39,125 nt of DNA from Parcubacteria group bacterium GW2011_GWA2_40_143 (GTDB lineage Bacteria; Patescibacteriota; Minisyncoccia; UBA9983), in contig LBYH01000005.1 in assembly GCA_000996035.1 (NCBI GenBank), forward strand, positions 1 through 39,125. The letters are read 5' to 3'. Below, piece by piece: positions 20,253 to 29,100 of this stretch (the stretch's first letter is position 1; each line of letters begins with the position of its first letter). Below the pieces are notes generated by a model. It was given only the letters and a program-made list of their open reading frames with translations. It was not told the DNA's origin and did no database searches. A program made the position numbers and the translations under genes.

Positions 20253-21421
20253 AGATTTTAAATTTAAGTTTAGACAAAGCGGCGCTTGATAAAAATTCTT
20301 CTCTGGCGAGGAGAATAATTGAGTATGGTGGCATGACAGATAAATACACTATGGTGGTGCCGATCGGCAATGAGAGTGTTTTAAAGATATCTGATAAAGT
20401 AAATATCTATGGCGTTGGCGGAAGAAACAAAATTACGCGCTTGTTAAAGCTTTATTTTTTCGCCAAAAATATTTTAAAATCGGAGAAGTATGATGTTATC
20501 ACCACGCAGGATGTTTACTATCTCGGTTTCGTGGCGGTGCGTTTGGCTAAAAAATTCAACATCGGACTTGAAGCGCAAGTTCACGGCTGGGAAAAATTTG
20601 TTGGTATTCGCAAGATGCTTGCCGGAAGAACGCTAAAGCGCGCCGATTCCGTAAGAGTGGTAAGCAGCAGACTTAAAAAACAGATAATAAAAGATTTTGG
20701 CGTAGCGGAAGAAAAAATAACCGTGGCGCCGATATTTGTAAATCTAAAAACTAAAATCTTAAATCTAAAATCTGAAAAATTTAAAAAAGACAAGTTTATT
20801 TTTTTAACGGTCGGACGATTAGTGCCGGTTAAAAATATCGGTTTACAAATAAAGGCGATGGCTAAAGTAGTTGAAAGTCAAAAGTTGAAAGTGAAAAGTG
20901 GAAAAATTGAACTTTGGATAATTGGCGATGGCCCGGAAAAATCAAATCTCAAATCTAAAATCTCAAGTCTCAAATTAGAAAACAACGTGAAGTTATTTGG
21001 TTGGCAAAACAATCCGGAGGAATTTTATTCCCAAGCTGATGCCTTTTTGCTCACTTCAAACAGCGAAGGTTGGGGAATGGTGGCGGTGGAAGCGGCGACT
21101 CACGGTTTGCCGATAATAATGACGGATGTCGGTCTTGCCGGTGAGGTTATAAAGAATGGCGAAAGCGGCATAGTGATACCGGTAGGGAATCAGGCTAAGC
21201 TGGAAGAAGTGATGATTAAAATCATTGGTGATGAAGATTTGCGGAGAAGACTGGCGGAAGGCGCCATTTCAGCCATAGAAAAAATGCCAAGCAAAGAGGA
21301 AACACTGGCTTTATACAAAAAAAGTTTGGAAAAGGCGATGAAAAGTATTGAAATAATTACACAAGGAAAAGGGAAGTTTATTTCGGACGACTTTTCCGCT
21401 ATGTCAGGGAGGGAGAAATGA
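20249..21421 (+). CDS. Glycosyltransferase family 4; last ~22 codons and stop come from a hairpin element
   Basis: VGRLVPVKN, IIGDGPE, SNSEGWGMVAVEA (EX7E); tail [21 protein letters not shown] lies within the 21355-21445 repeat. Confidence 0.9.
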   Translation: MKILNLSLDKAALDKNSSLARRIIEYGGMTDKYTMVVPIGNESVLKISDKVNIYGVGGRNKITRLLKLYFFAKNILKSEKYDVITTQDVYYLGFVAVRLAKKFNIGLEAQVHGWEKFVGIRKMLAGRTLKRADSVRVVSSRLKKQIIKDFGVAEEKITVAPIFVNLKTKILNLKSEKFKKDKFIFLTVGRLVPVKNIGLQIKAMAKVVESQKLKVKSGKIELWIIGDGPEKSNLKSKISSLKLENNVKLFGWQNNPEEFYSQADAFLLTSNSEGWGMVAVEAATHGLPIIMTDVGLAGEVIKNGESGIVIPVGNQAKLEEVMIKIIGDEDLRRRLAEGAISAIEKMPSKEETLALYKKSLEKAMKSIEIITQGKGKFISDDFSAMSGREK

Positions 21422-21445
21422 ATTTCCCTTTTTCTTGTGTTGGGT
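21355..21445 (+). repeat. Hairpin element copy A1
   Basis: Inverted arms AATTACACAAGGAAAAGGGAAGTTTATTTC / GAAATGAATTTCCCTTTTTCTTGTGT; 77/82 identical to 22926-23007. Confidence 0.9.
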
Positions 21446-21514
21446 GTTTTCTTTCATTTATTCTTGTTTTTTGTTAGAATTTAGAAGCTAACTTTATTCA
21501 AAGTATCAATAATA

Positions 21515-22879
21515 ATGATTTTTAAACGAAGCTTTTTAATTTTTGGTTTAATTTTTATCGCTATTTTTGTCGTTTCTGCCGGCAGGGGTGTTTTTGCCGA
21601 GGATCTTGGTCAAGAAGCCGTTAATAACAGAAAAGCTCAGCTGGAAAAAGAGCTTGAATATCTTGAAGCACAAATAGACGGTTATGGATCGCTTATCCAA
21701 TCCAAACAAAAAGAATCAGCCAGCTTGCAAAGAGATATAGATGTTTTTAACGCCAAAATACAAAAGACTAAACTTGAGATTCAAAAGTTGGACATCACTA
21801 TCGCGAACGCTTCATCTGGCATTTCTAAGCGAAACTCAGAAATAGATTTCTTGCAAGAAAAGGCTGACAGAGTTAAAGAATCTCTTGCCGAACTTGTAAG
21901 AAAGAATAACGAAATGGATGATGTTACCGTGGTAGAAATGATTTTGGGAAATGAAGTTGTTTCTGATTTTTTTGTAATTACAGATTCTTTCGCTTCGGTG
22001 CAAAAATCAATTCACGTATCTCTTGAGGATATACGTGATACTAACGATAAGCTTGGCAAAGAGATAGATAATCTGGAGAAAGAAAAGGCGGAAAAAAATC
22101 GTCTGAAAATGGCTCAAGAGATGAACAGAAAGAGTCTGGCGGCCAGCGAGGCGGAAAAAAAGGAAATGCTCAACGTTACCAAGGGGCTGGAAAAAAATTA
22201 CGCGAAAATTCTTGAAGATAAACACAGAGAGGCCGCCAAGATACGAAGCGCTTTGTTTGCCTTAAGAGACACGGCCGCCATTCCGTTTGGGGAGGCGTAT
22301 GGCTACGCTTTGGAAGCGCAGAAAAAAACGGGAGTGAGGCCGGCGTTTTTACTGGCGATTCTTACTCAAGAATCTAATCTGGGAGAAAATACCGGTCAAT
22401 GCCTTGTTACTGATTTTAAAACAGGAGATGGTGTTGGTAAGAATACCGGCAGAGTATTTAAAGGCATTATGAAGCCAAGCAGAGATGTTACGCCTTTTCT
22501 TGACCTTGCCAACCGCTTGAGTTTTGATCCTAAAACAAAACCGGTATCTTGCCCGCAAACGGGAGGATACGGCGGCGCTATGGGGCCATCGCAATTTATA
22601 CCTTCAACATGGAATATATACGAGAAAAAAATCAGCGCCGCTACTGGCGTGGTGATACCCGATCCTTGGATTCCGCGAGACGCTTTTTTCGCCTCGGCCA
22701 TATATTTGGCTGATCTTGGGGCGGGGAAAGGCACTTACAATGCCGAACACGAAGCGGCGGCCAGGTATTACGCGGGAGGGGGTTGGTATAAGGCGTCGGG
22801 CCAAGGTTATGGCACAAGTGTTTTAAGACACGCTCAAAACATTCAAGAGAATATGATTGATCCGCTTAATCTCTATTAA
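21515..22879 (+). CDS. Secreted coiled-coil protein with lytic murein transglycosylase (MltB/SLT-like) domain
   Basis: Signal peptide, long PcsB/EnvC-like coiled coil, LLAILTQESNLG (catalytic ES), GAMGPSQFIPSTW, DAFFASAIYL. Confidence 0.85.
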   Translation: MIFKRSFLIFGLIFIAIFVVSAGRGVFAEDLGQEAVNNRKAQLEKELEYLEAQIDGYGSLIQSKQKESASLQRDIDVFNAKIQKTKLEIQKLDITIANASSGISKRNSEIDFLQEKADRVKESLAELVRKNNEMDDVTVVEMILGNEVVSDFFVITDSFASVQKSIHVSLEDIRDTNDKLGKEIDNLEKEKAEKNRLKMAQEMNRKSLAASEAEKKEMLNVTKGLEKNYAKILEDKHREAAKIRSALFALRDTAAIPFGEAYGYALEAQKKTGVRPAFLLAILTQESNLGENTGQCLVTDFKTGDGVGKNTGRVFKGIMKPSRDVTPFLDLANRLSFDPKTKPVSCPQTGGYGGAMGPSQFIPSTWNIYEKKISAATGVVIPDPWIPRDAFFASAIYLADLGAGKGTYNAEHEAAARYYAGGGWYKASGQGYGTSVLRHAQNIQENMIDPLNLY

Positions 22880-22920
22880 AATCCAATGATGAGAGCCGAG
22901 CAAATTCAAATGTCAGCTAT

Positions 22921-23011
22921 ATCTAACACAATGAAAAGGGAAGTTTATTTCGGACGACTTTCCCGTTATGTCCGGGAGGGAGAAATGAATTTCCCTTTTC
23001 CTTGTGTAATT
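22921..23011 (+). repeat. Hairpin element copy A2 (may also act as terminator between convergent genes)
   Basis: Direct repeat of A1 with inverted arms and internal CTTTCCCG/CGGGAGGG stem. Confidence 0.9.
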
Positions 23012-23039
23012 GTCCCAACTTTTCTCTTTTAAGTGTCAT

Positions 23040-23771
23040 CTAAAGCGCTTCCATCGCTTTAAAAATCTTATCCAATCCGCCTTCCATAATTCTTTCTATG
23101 TCGTGAAAGGACTTACCGACGCGATGGTCGGTGATCCTGTCTTGTAAAAAGTTGTAAGTCCTTATTTTTTCCGAACGGTCTTGCGTGCCGATTTGTTGTT
23201 TTCTGGCATCAGCCATTTCGCCGTGAGCTTGGCTCTTTTGAGCTTCACTGATTTTTGAGGCCAGAATCATCATGGCTTTTTCTCTGTTTCTTTGCTGGGA
23301 TCTCTCGCTAGTGCATTTGACCACTAAGCCGGTCGGTCGGTGGGTGATTCGGACAGCAGTTTCCACCTTATTGACATTTTGCCCTCCCGCTCCGCCGGAA
23401 CGAGTAAAAGCGATTTCCAAATCCTGAGGTTTGATTATCATTTTTTCTGTTTCCCTTATCGGCAAAACCGCCACGGATGCGGTGGAAGTATGCACTCTGC
23501 CCGATTTTTCCGTCGCTGGCACTCTTTGAACGCGATGGACTCCGCTTTCTTGTTTTAATTTATCATAAACTCCTTCTCCGGATAATTCTATGACGACTTC
23601 TTTGTATCCGCCCAAGTCATTTCTTGATTCGTCTAAAATAGAGGCAGTCCAGCCTTCTCTTGAGGCGAATTTTGTATACATATTGGCCAAGTCGCCGGCA
23701 AAAATAGCCGCCTCGTTTCCGCCAACGCCGGCGCGGATTTCAAGAATAATATTTTGGGGAGATGAGTTCAT
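23040..23771 (-). CDS. prfA: Peptide chain release factor 1 lacking N-terminal domain 1
   Basis: [27 protein letters not shown] (RF1 PxT), [10 protein letters not shown] (GGQ), [10 protein letters not shown]; only 243 aa. Confidence 0.92.
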   Translation of the reverse strand: MNSSPQNIILEIRAGVGGNEAAIFAGDLANMYTKFASREGWTASILDESRNDLGGYKEVVIELSGEGVYDKLKQESGVHRVQRVPATEKSGRVHTSTASVAVLPIRETEKMIIKPQDLEIAFTRSGGAGGQNVNKVETAVRITHRPTGLVVKCTSERSQQRNREKAMMILASKISEAQKSQAHGEMADARKQQIGTQDRSEKIRTYNFLQDRITDHRVGKSFHDIERIMEGGLDKIFKAMEAL

Positions 23772-23772
23772 T

Positions 23773-23799
23773 ATGAATTTCCCTTTTCCTTGTGTAATT
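23773..23799 (+). repeat. Solo right arm of hairpin element (A3)
   Basis: ATGAATTTCCCTTTTCCTTGTGTAATT is identical (27/27) to 22985-23011. Confidence 0.9.
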
Positions 23800-23807
23800 A
23801 AAAGTTT

Positions 23808-24029
23808 TTACTTTTTTGCGGCTGTTTTCGCCTTGGCTTGTCTGGCCTTAAATTTCTCCACGCGACCGGCGGTATCTATAATCTTCTTTTGGCCGGTGTA
23901 GAAAGGATGACAGGCGCTGCAAATTTCAACGCTTATTTTTTCTTTGGTTGAACCGGTTTTAAGCTCATTGCCGCATGAGCATTTGATAACCGATTCGGTA
24001 AAATATTTTGGATGTGTGTCTTTTTTCAT
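23808..24029 (-). CDS. rpmE: 50S ribosomal protein L31 (Zn-binding type)
   Basis: MKKDTHPKY...CSCG...[10 protein letters not shown]...DTAGRVEKF; start placed at ATG 24029. Confidence 0.97.
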   Translation of the reverse strand: MKKDTHPKYFTESVIKCSCGNELKTGSTKEKISVEICSACHPFYTGQKKIIDTAGRVEKFKARQAKAKTAAKK

Positions 24030-24036
24030 ATTAAAC

Positions 24037-24065
24037 ACGATAGCACAAGCCGAAAATAAGGTCAA
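24037..24065 (-). promoter_or_regulatory. Promoter for rpmE-prfA (likely leaderless)
   Basis: Minus strand TTGACC-17 nt-TATCGT with TG extension, 7 nt before the ATG. Confidence 0.65.
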
Positions 24066-24074
24066 ATTTTCGAA

Positions 24075-24119
24075 ATGCACCAAGGTTAAACCCTGGTGCA
24101 TGGTGCCTGTGGATAACTT
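24075..24119. promoter_or_regulatory. Palindrome plus DnaA box
   Basis: ATGCACCAAGGTT-A-AACCCTGGTGCAT (24075-24101, one mismatch); TGTGGATAA at 24108-24116. Confidence 0.65.
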
Positions 24120-24192
24120 TATTAGACAAAGCCGTCAACAATCTGTTACAATTCAAACATACAGATTAATTATAAATTATAAAATAAAAAAA

Positions 24193-25941
24193 ATGCAAAA
24201 TATGAAAAAGTTTCTATTGTCCGTATTTGCTTTGTTTTTCGTTTTAAGCGCAGTGTACAGCGTTACGAATATGGCAAACGCGGGGTTCCTTGATTTTTTG
24301 TTTGGAAGTGATGGTTCGCGCTCGGTAGCCGCCTCATCTTCAACAGGAAGCGGAGAATATAAATTAAAAATAAGGCTAAGTTATTCCGGTAAATCCGGCA
24401 CGGTAACGAGTGATGACGGGACTGTATCTTGCAGCAAGAAGTGCACTCTATACTATTCCAATGGAGAAACCATAACTTTAAGCGTTACGGCAAACAGTGG
24501 CTATTCTTTCAGCAAATGGAGCGGCAGCGGCTGCGAAGGCACGGGGACATGTCAAGTGGAAATGAGTAAAAGCAGAAGCGTTAAAGCTGTCTTTAAAAAA
24601 GATAAAAGCAGCAGTGCAACGACTGACGATGGCAAAGTGAGATTGACGGTTGAAAGAGCGTCTTCAGAATACGGCGGTTCCGTGGATATATCCGCGAAAT
24701 ATACCTCAACCGGAGGCAGAGAATATATGGGTGAAGAGGAATATTTTACCGGAACTTGCCAACTCACAGATACTACAAAAAGCTCAGAGTCTTGCGTCAA
24801 TGAACTAAGTACGTCGGATTCTAATGTTTGGCTTACTCCTATTTCTTCCGAAGGCGCTATTTTCAGCAAATGGAGCGGTTGCGATAATACAAGTGACGAA
24901 AAATGTTATTTGAGCGTCAGTGGTAAATCAACAACGGTTAAAGTTTATTTTAAAGCCGCCACAGCCACCGTTGAAAAGAAAATTACAATCTACTCATATA
25001 CTGACGGCAGTTCTTCTTCCGGCGCCGGCGGTAAGGTTGAGGTGAAAAAGGATGGAGTAAGCAAGGGCACTTGCTCTAGTAAATGCTCGACCGAGTATGC
25101 CGAGGATACCGAACTTAAGCTTACCGCCACTGCCAATGAAGGATATAATTTTGAAAAGTGGGGTGACAGTTGTTCAGGCAGCAGTAGTGAGTGTAGTGTA
25201 ACACTCAGTGGTGACAAGACGGTAAAAGCTTACTTTACGAAAATTTCCGATTCAACAACGACTCCAGGCAGTACAGTTTCCAATGTCACCATGAGGGTTA
25301 GCGGAGCAAAAACAACGGATTCTAATAATGAAACGTATGGTATTAACAAAGGAGATGATCTGACTGTATTCTGGGATGCTCAATATGTTAGCGAGTGTAC
25401 TTTGTATGGAGGTTATGATGGTTATGTCGCTCAAAGTATTATAACCGATAATGCAAGCGATGATAAAAACACGGCAGTAGGATTTATTAGCGGAGAAAAA
25501 ACACTTGATGATATTAAAAAGGATGCGGAATTCAGTCTTTTGTGCGGAAGTATTGGCGAAAAAAGTGTTGGTTATGATTTTAAAGTTACGGTTATTGCTG
25601 ATACAACAGGAACACAAGCAACAAGCAATAGTTCGGCCACTAATATTACTTCCACTTCAGCGACATTAAATGGCACTGTTAATCCGGCAGGAGGAGAGAT
25701 TACTTATGAATTCAAATACGGCGTTGGTTCGGATTATTCTAAGTTTACGAAAACAGGTGGCAAAACAGTTTCCGGTTCAGGAGAACAATCAGTAAGCGTT
25801 GATATCACTGGACTTACCGCTGGGACAACTTACAATTATTACATTTCGGCTTATGATTCAACAACAAGAGAATATCTCGAAAAAAATACAGATGCAAACC
25901 ATAAAGACAACTGGCAAAGTTTTACGACGGGTAACCAGTGA
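24193..25941 (+). CDS. Secreted Ser/Thr/Cys-rich protein with three divergent InlB B-repeat-like domains and a C-terminal FN3-like domain
   Basis: Signal peptide MKKFLL...ANA (start 24193 or 24202); repeated F(S/E)KW(S/G)..C....C...V...F units; ITSTSATLNGTVNP...GLTAGTTYNY. Confidence 0.75.
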   Translation: MQNMKKFLLSVFALFFVLSAVYSVTNMANAGFLDFLFGSDGSRSVAASSSTGSGEYKLKIRLSYSGKSGTVTSDDGTVSCSKKCTLYYSNGETITLSVTANSGYSFSKWSGSGCEGTGTCQVEMSKSRSVKAVFKKDKSSSATTDDGKVRLTVERASSEYGGSVDISAKYTSTGGREYMGEEEYFTGTCQLTDTTKSSESCVNELSTSDSNVWLTPISSEGAIFSKWSGCDNTSDEKCYLSVSGKSTTVKVYFKAATATVEKKITIYSYTDGSSSSGAGGKVEVKKDGVSKGTCSSKCSTEYAEDTELKLTATANEGYNFEKWGDSCSGSSSECSVTLSGDKTVKAYFTKISDSTTTPGSTVSNVTMRVSGAKTTDSNNETYGINKGDDLTVFWDAQYVSECTLYGGYDGYVAQSIITDNASDDKNTAVGFISGEKTLDDIKKDAEFSLLCGSIGEKSVGYDFKVTVIADTTGTQATSNSSATNITSTSATLNGTVNPAGGEITYEFKYGVGSDYSKFTKTGGKTVSGSGEQSVSVDITGLTAGTTYNYYISAYDSTTREYLEKNTDANHKDNWQSFTTGNQ

Positions 25942-26001
25942 TAAAACTATACATAGCCGCTGCCACCTATATTAAAGTAGATGTCAGATAGCATAAAAAT
26001 C

Positions 26002-26038
26002 ACAAAAACACCCAAGGACGCGCCGCGGGTGTTTTTGT
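26002..26038 (+). terminator. Intrinsic terminator
   Basis: ACAAAAACACCC...GGGTGTTTTTGT 12-bp stem with T-rich tail. Confidence 0.75.
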
Positions 26039-26061
26039 TTGACTGCCTTTCCTAAGCTTAT

Positions 26062-26102
26062 CCAAGGACAGTCCTTGGTGTTTTTTCACCTGTGGATAAC
26101 TT
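26062..26102. promoter_or_regulatory. Palindrome plus DnaA box
   Basis: CCAAGGAC-A-GTCCTTGG (26062-26078); TGTGGATAA at 26091-26099; TGGTATACT extended -10 at 26125-26133. Confidence 0.65.
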
Positions 26103-26189
26103 GTGTTACTATTTTTTATTTAAGTGGTATACTAAAATAAATATTTTATAAGCAAAGACCGCTCGGAGGTTTTTTAAAATTTTAATTTT

Positions 26190-29100
26190 ATGTTCAAAAA
26201 AATTTTTAGTATCGCTCTTCTCTCCATCGCCGCCATTTTTGGCGTCTTCAATCTTACTCCAAACGTCTCAGCTGAAGAATTGCCGGAGGTGGGCATAAAA
26301 GAAGTAGAGGTGAAAATTGGCGACAAAGAAATTATAATTTTTGCCACACTTTTTAACAGTAGCGACAGTTTGACTACCACCCCTTTTACTTATCTGGCAA
26401 TGCTAAAGAGCATAAACCACTTCATTCCCTCATCCGATCCTGACCTTGATTTGCCGGCGCTTATCGTCTCAGCCGTGGAGGGAGAAGAATACACGATTCT
26501 TAATCCGCTTGAAGAAAAAAGGGCTTCGTATCTTATACCGATAAGTCCGGATTTGCCGCAAGATAATTATGACTTGTCTCTCAACCTTATCTTAAAAGAC
26601 GGTCGTTCCGTAGGTTATTATTATGATGTGCTTAGAGATTACGGCGCAAACGAGAAAAGCAACAAAACTTCATACACAGAAGGCTTTTTAGCTTTTAATC
26701 AAGAAAGTTGCGGCGTGGCGAGAGCGGATGGATTAATCTTTCCGGCAAACGAAGGACCTGTTTTTAAGCCGCTTGAAAGACCTGTGGCCAATTGTAAGGT
26801 AAGAAACATCGGCGACAAAGATTTAACGGTGTATCCCGTGGTAATTTGGAAAGAGTTTTTTGTGTACGGCAGACCGTCCAGCGGGCAGAGGTATTACGAG
26901 AAGCTTGAACAGCCTATTTTCATAAGAGCCGGAGAAACCAAAAATGTGGAAGTTTTGCTGCCGGACGAAGAAGTTCCTCAGGTTTATCAGGCGCTTGTCA
27001 GTTTTGAAGATGCCGGTGGCAATAAAAAATCTTTTGATATGTTCTTTAGATGGACCATAAAAGGGGAGTCCGGCAGAGTCAACGCCGTAAGCCTTGTGGA
27101 TGCGCCGAAAGAGAGTTACACCAAAGGAGAAACTCTTGCTCTTTCGGTGGATTATTACGGGTCGGTTGATCTATATTGGCGAGATTTGGAAGAGAATATT
27201 TCTCAAACTGCCAATTTTAATCTTACCGCTATCGTAAAAGATAAAAACGGCGAAATCTGCGGCCAAAAAACCGTAAAGCTTCCGACCATAGAAGATGGCG
27301 GTCTTAAAAACGAAGTGGTTGATGTCGCGCTTAGCAAGGATTGCAATGGGGTCTCTTACAGTGTTTCTCTTATTTCGGAAGACGGCAATGTGGTGGCGCA
27401 AGAAGAGGATATTTTGCCTGTTAGAAAAAACATTGCCGGAAATCTTATGCCATATTTTTATCTTCTAACGGTTCTAATGGCCTTTATTATTTTTGTCATG
27501 GTTTTTGCGATTCGTAAAAAGAAAAAATCAATAACTGGTGTTTATTTGCTTGCTTTTGTTTTCGCGGCGACTTGTTTTTTTGGTATTTTCAGCGAAACGG
27601 AAGCGGCAACAACTAAACCCTATACCGGCGTGCCTTCTCCGAGTGGTTATAGTGGCGAAGCCTTTACCGCAAATGACACAAACAATGGAGAATCTTCCGA
27701 TAAACTTTATTCGTACTACACCGGTGGCAACAATGAAGTAAAAATAAAAGATGTTTATGCTTACTTTGACGATTATTTTGCCTATACTAATGAAGTTCCT
27801 TATGTGCACTTTGATTACGGATCCGGTTATGGCGGTTCGTGTTCAAACTCAGCTTTATACATAAGAGTTAAAATGGAGTTGGTTGTGGGAAATTCAACTT
27901 ACAAGCTTGATATAAAAAAGAGATCAAGTTCCGACGGTTATGATGGTAAATATATTAAAGAGATAATTGGTTCGGCAATGAGTGACAGGAATCTCAATCT
28001 TGAAATAAATCCGGATAATTTTGCCAATATTTATGACAGTAATGGCAAACTCAAAGATAATGCCAATCTGATTATATACGTCACTGCCGTAAGCCGACAC
28101 GCTCAAGACAGTACCACGCCGGAAGGTTCTTACTACAAAAGCACATTTACTACTCCGACGAATAAAACGCAGTATAGTTCCAGGAGTGATGCTTTAGACG
28201 CCAGCGATGACATGAAGATAACCATACCACTTTCAAGCTTACCAAACCCGAGCGTAACTTTAGACGCCAACCCGACTGAAGTGGACTATGGCGGAAGTTC
28301 CAAATTGACGTGGACAACGAAAGATGTTGATTCGTGCGCAGAGTTCAACACAAATAATGATTCGCAATTTAGCGGATCAATTACCGTTATGAGCTCAGGC
28401 TCAGAAACTATTTACAATATCACAAAAGACAATACTTATACTCTTCAATGCGATAAGTATCTTGGCTCGGCTGTTGGTAAAAAGAATTATTTAGATACGG
28501 CGAGCGTGAGTGTAAAACCCAATCCTTCCTGCACTGCCAGTCCGAGTTCAACAACGACAGGCAGTAACGTAACATTCTCATCAGCCGTGACGGGGGGAAC
28601 ATCGCCCTATACTTATTCTTGGTCGGGAACGGATATTTCAGGAACAAATACCGGTTCAACCCTTACCAAATCGTATTCAACCATTGGAACAAAAAGCGCC
28701 ACAATCAAGGTTACGGACAAAAACAACAAAATCGGAGAGGGTACTTGTACGGTGAGTATTAGCTCTCCAGATCAATGCGATTCTGCGAACAACTCTTGTG
28801 TAAGCGGTTCTTGGTCTGATCTTACCGACACATCAACGAAATATAAATGGAAATGCGGAAGTTTGATATAAATGGAAATGCGGAAGTTTGAGTTGCGAGG
28901 CAAGTATTACAACCACGCCCTCAGATCAATGCGATTATGCGAACAACTCTTGTGTAAGCGGTTCTTGGTCTGATCTTACCGACACATCAACGAAATATAA
29001 ATGGAAATGCGGAAGTTTGAGTTGCGAGGCGAGTATTACAACCACGCCACTTGAGCCTCCAACAGGTCTTACCGGATCGGCCGGAGCTTGTGGCGGTAAT

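Noticed and set aside
21355-23011. Calling A1/A2 integron attC sites
   Set aside because: Neither copy alone has both RYYYAAC and GTTRRRY, no clear extrahelical-base pattern, and no integrase in the window; kept only as a remark.
23944-24192. ORF-track N-terminal extensions of the surface protein (from 23944) and rpmE (from 24101)
   Set aside because: They overlap each other and the promoter region; the signal peptide and the L31 consensus start place the true starts at 24193/24202 and 24029.
28768-29048. CRISPR array or DGR template/variable repeat
   Set aside because: Units are tandem coding repeats without spacers; the two substitutions do not show one-directional adenine mutagenesis; no cas or reverse transcriptase gene is present.
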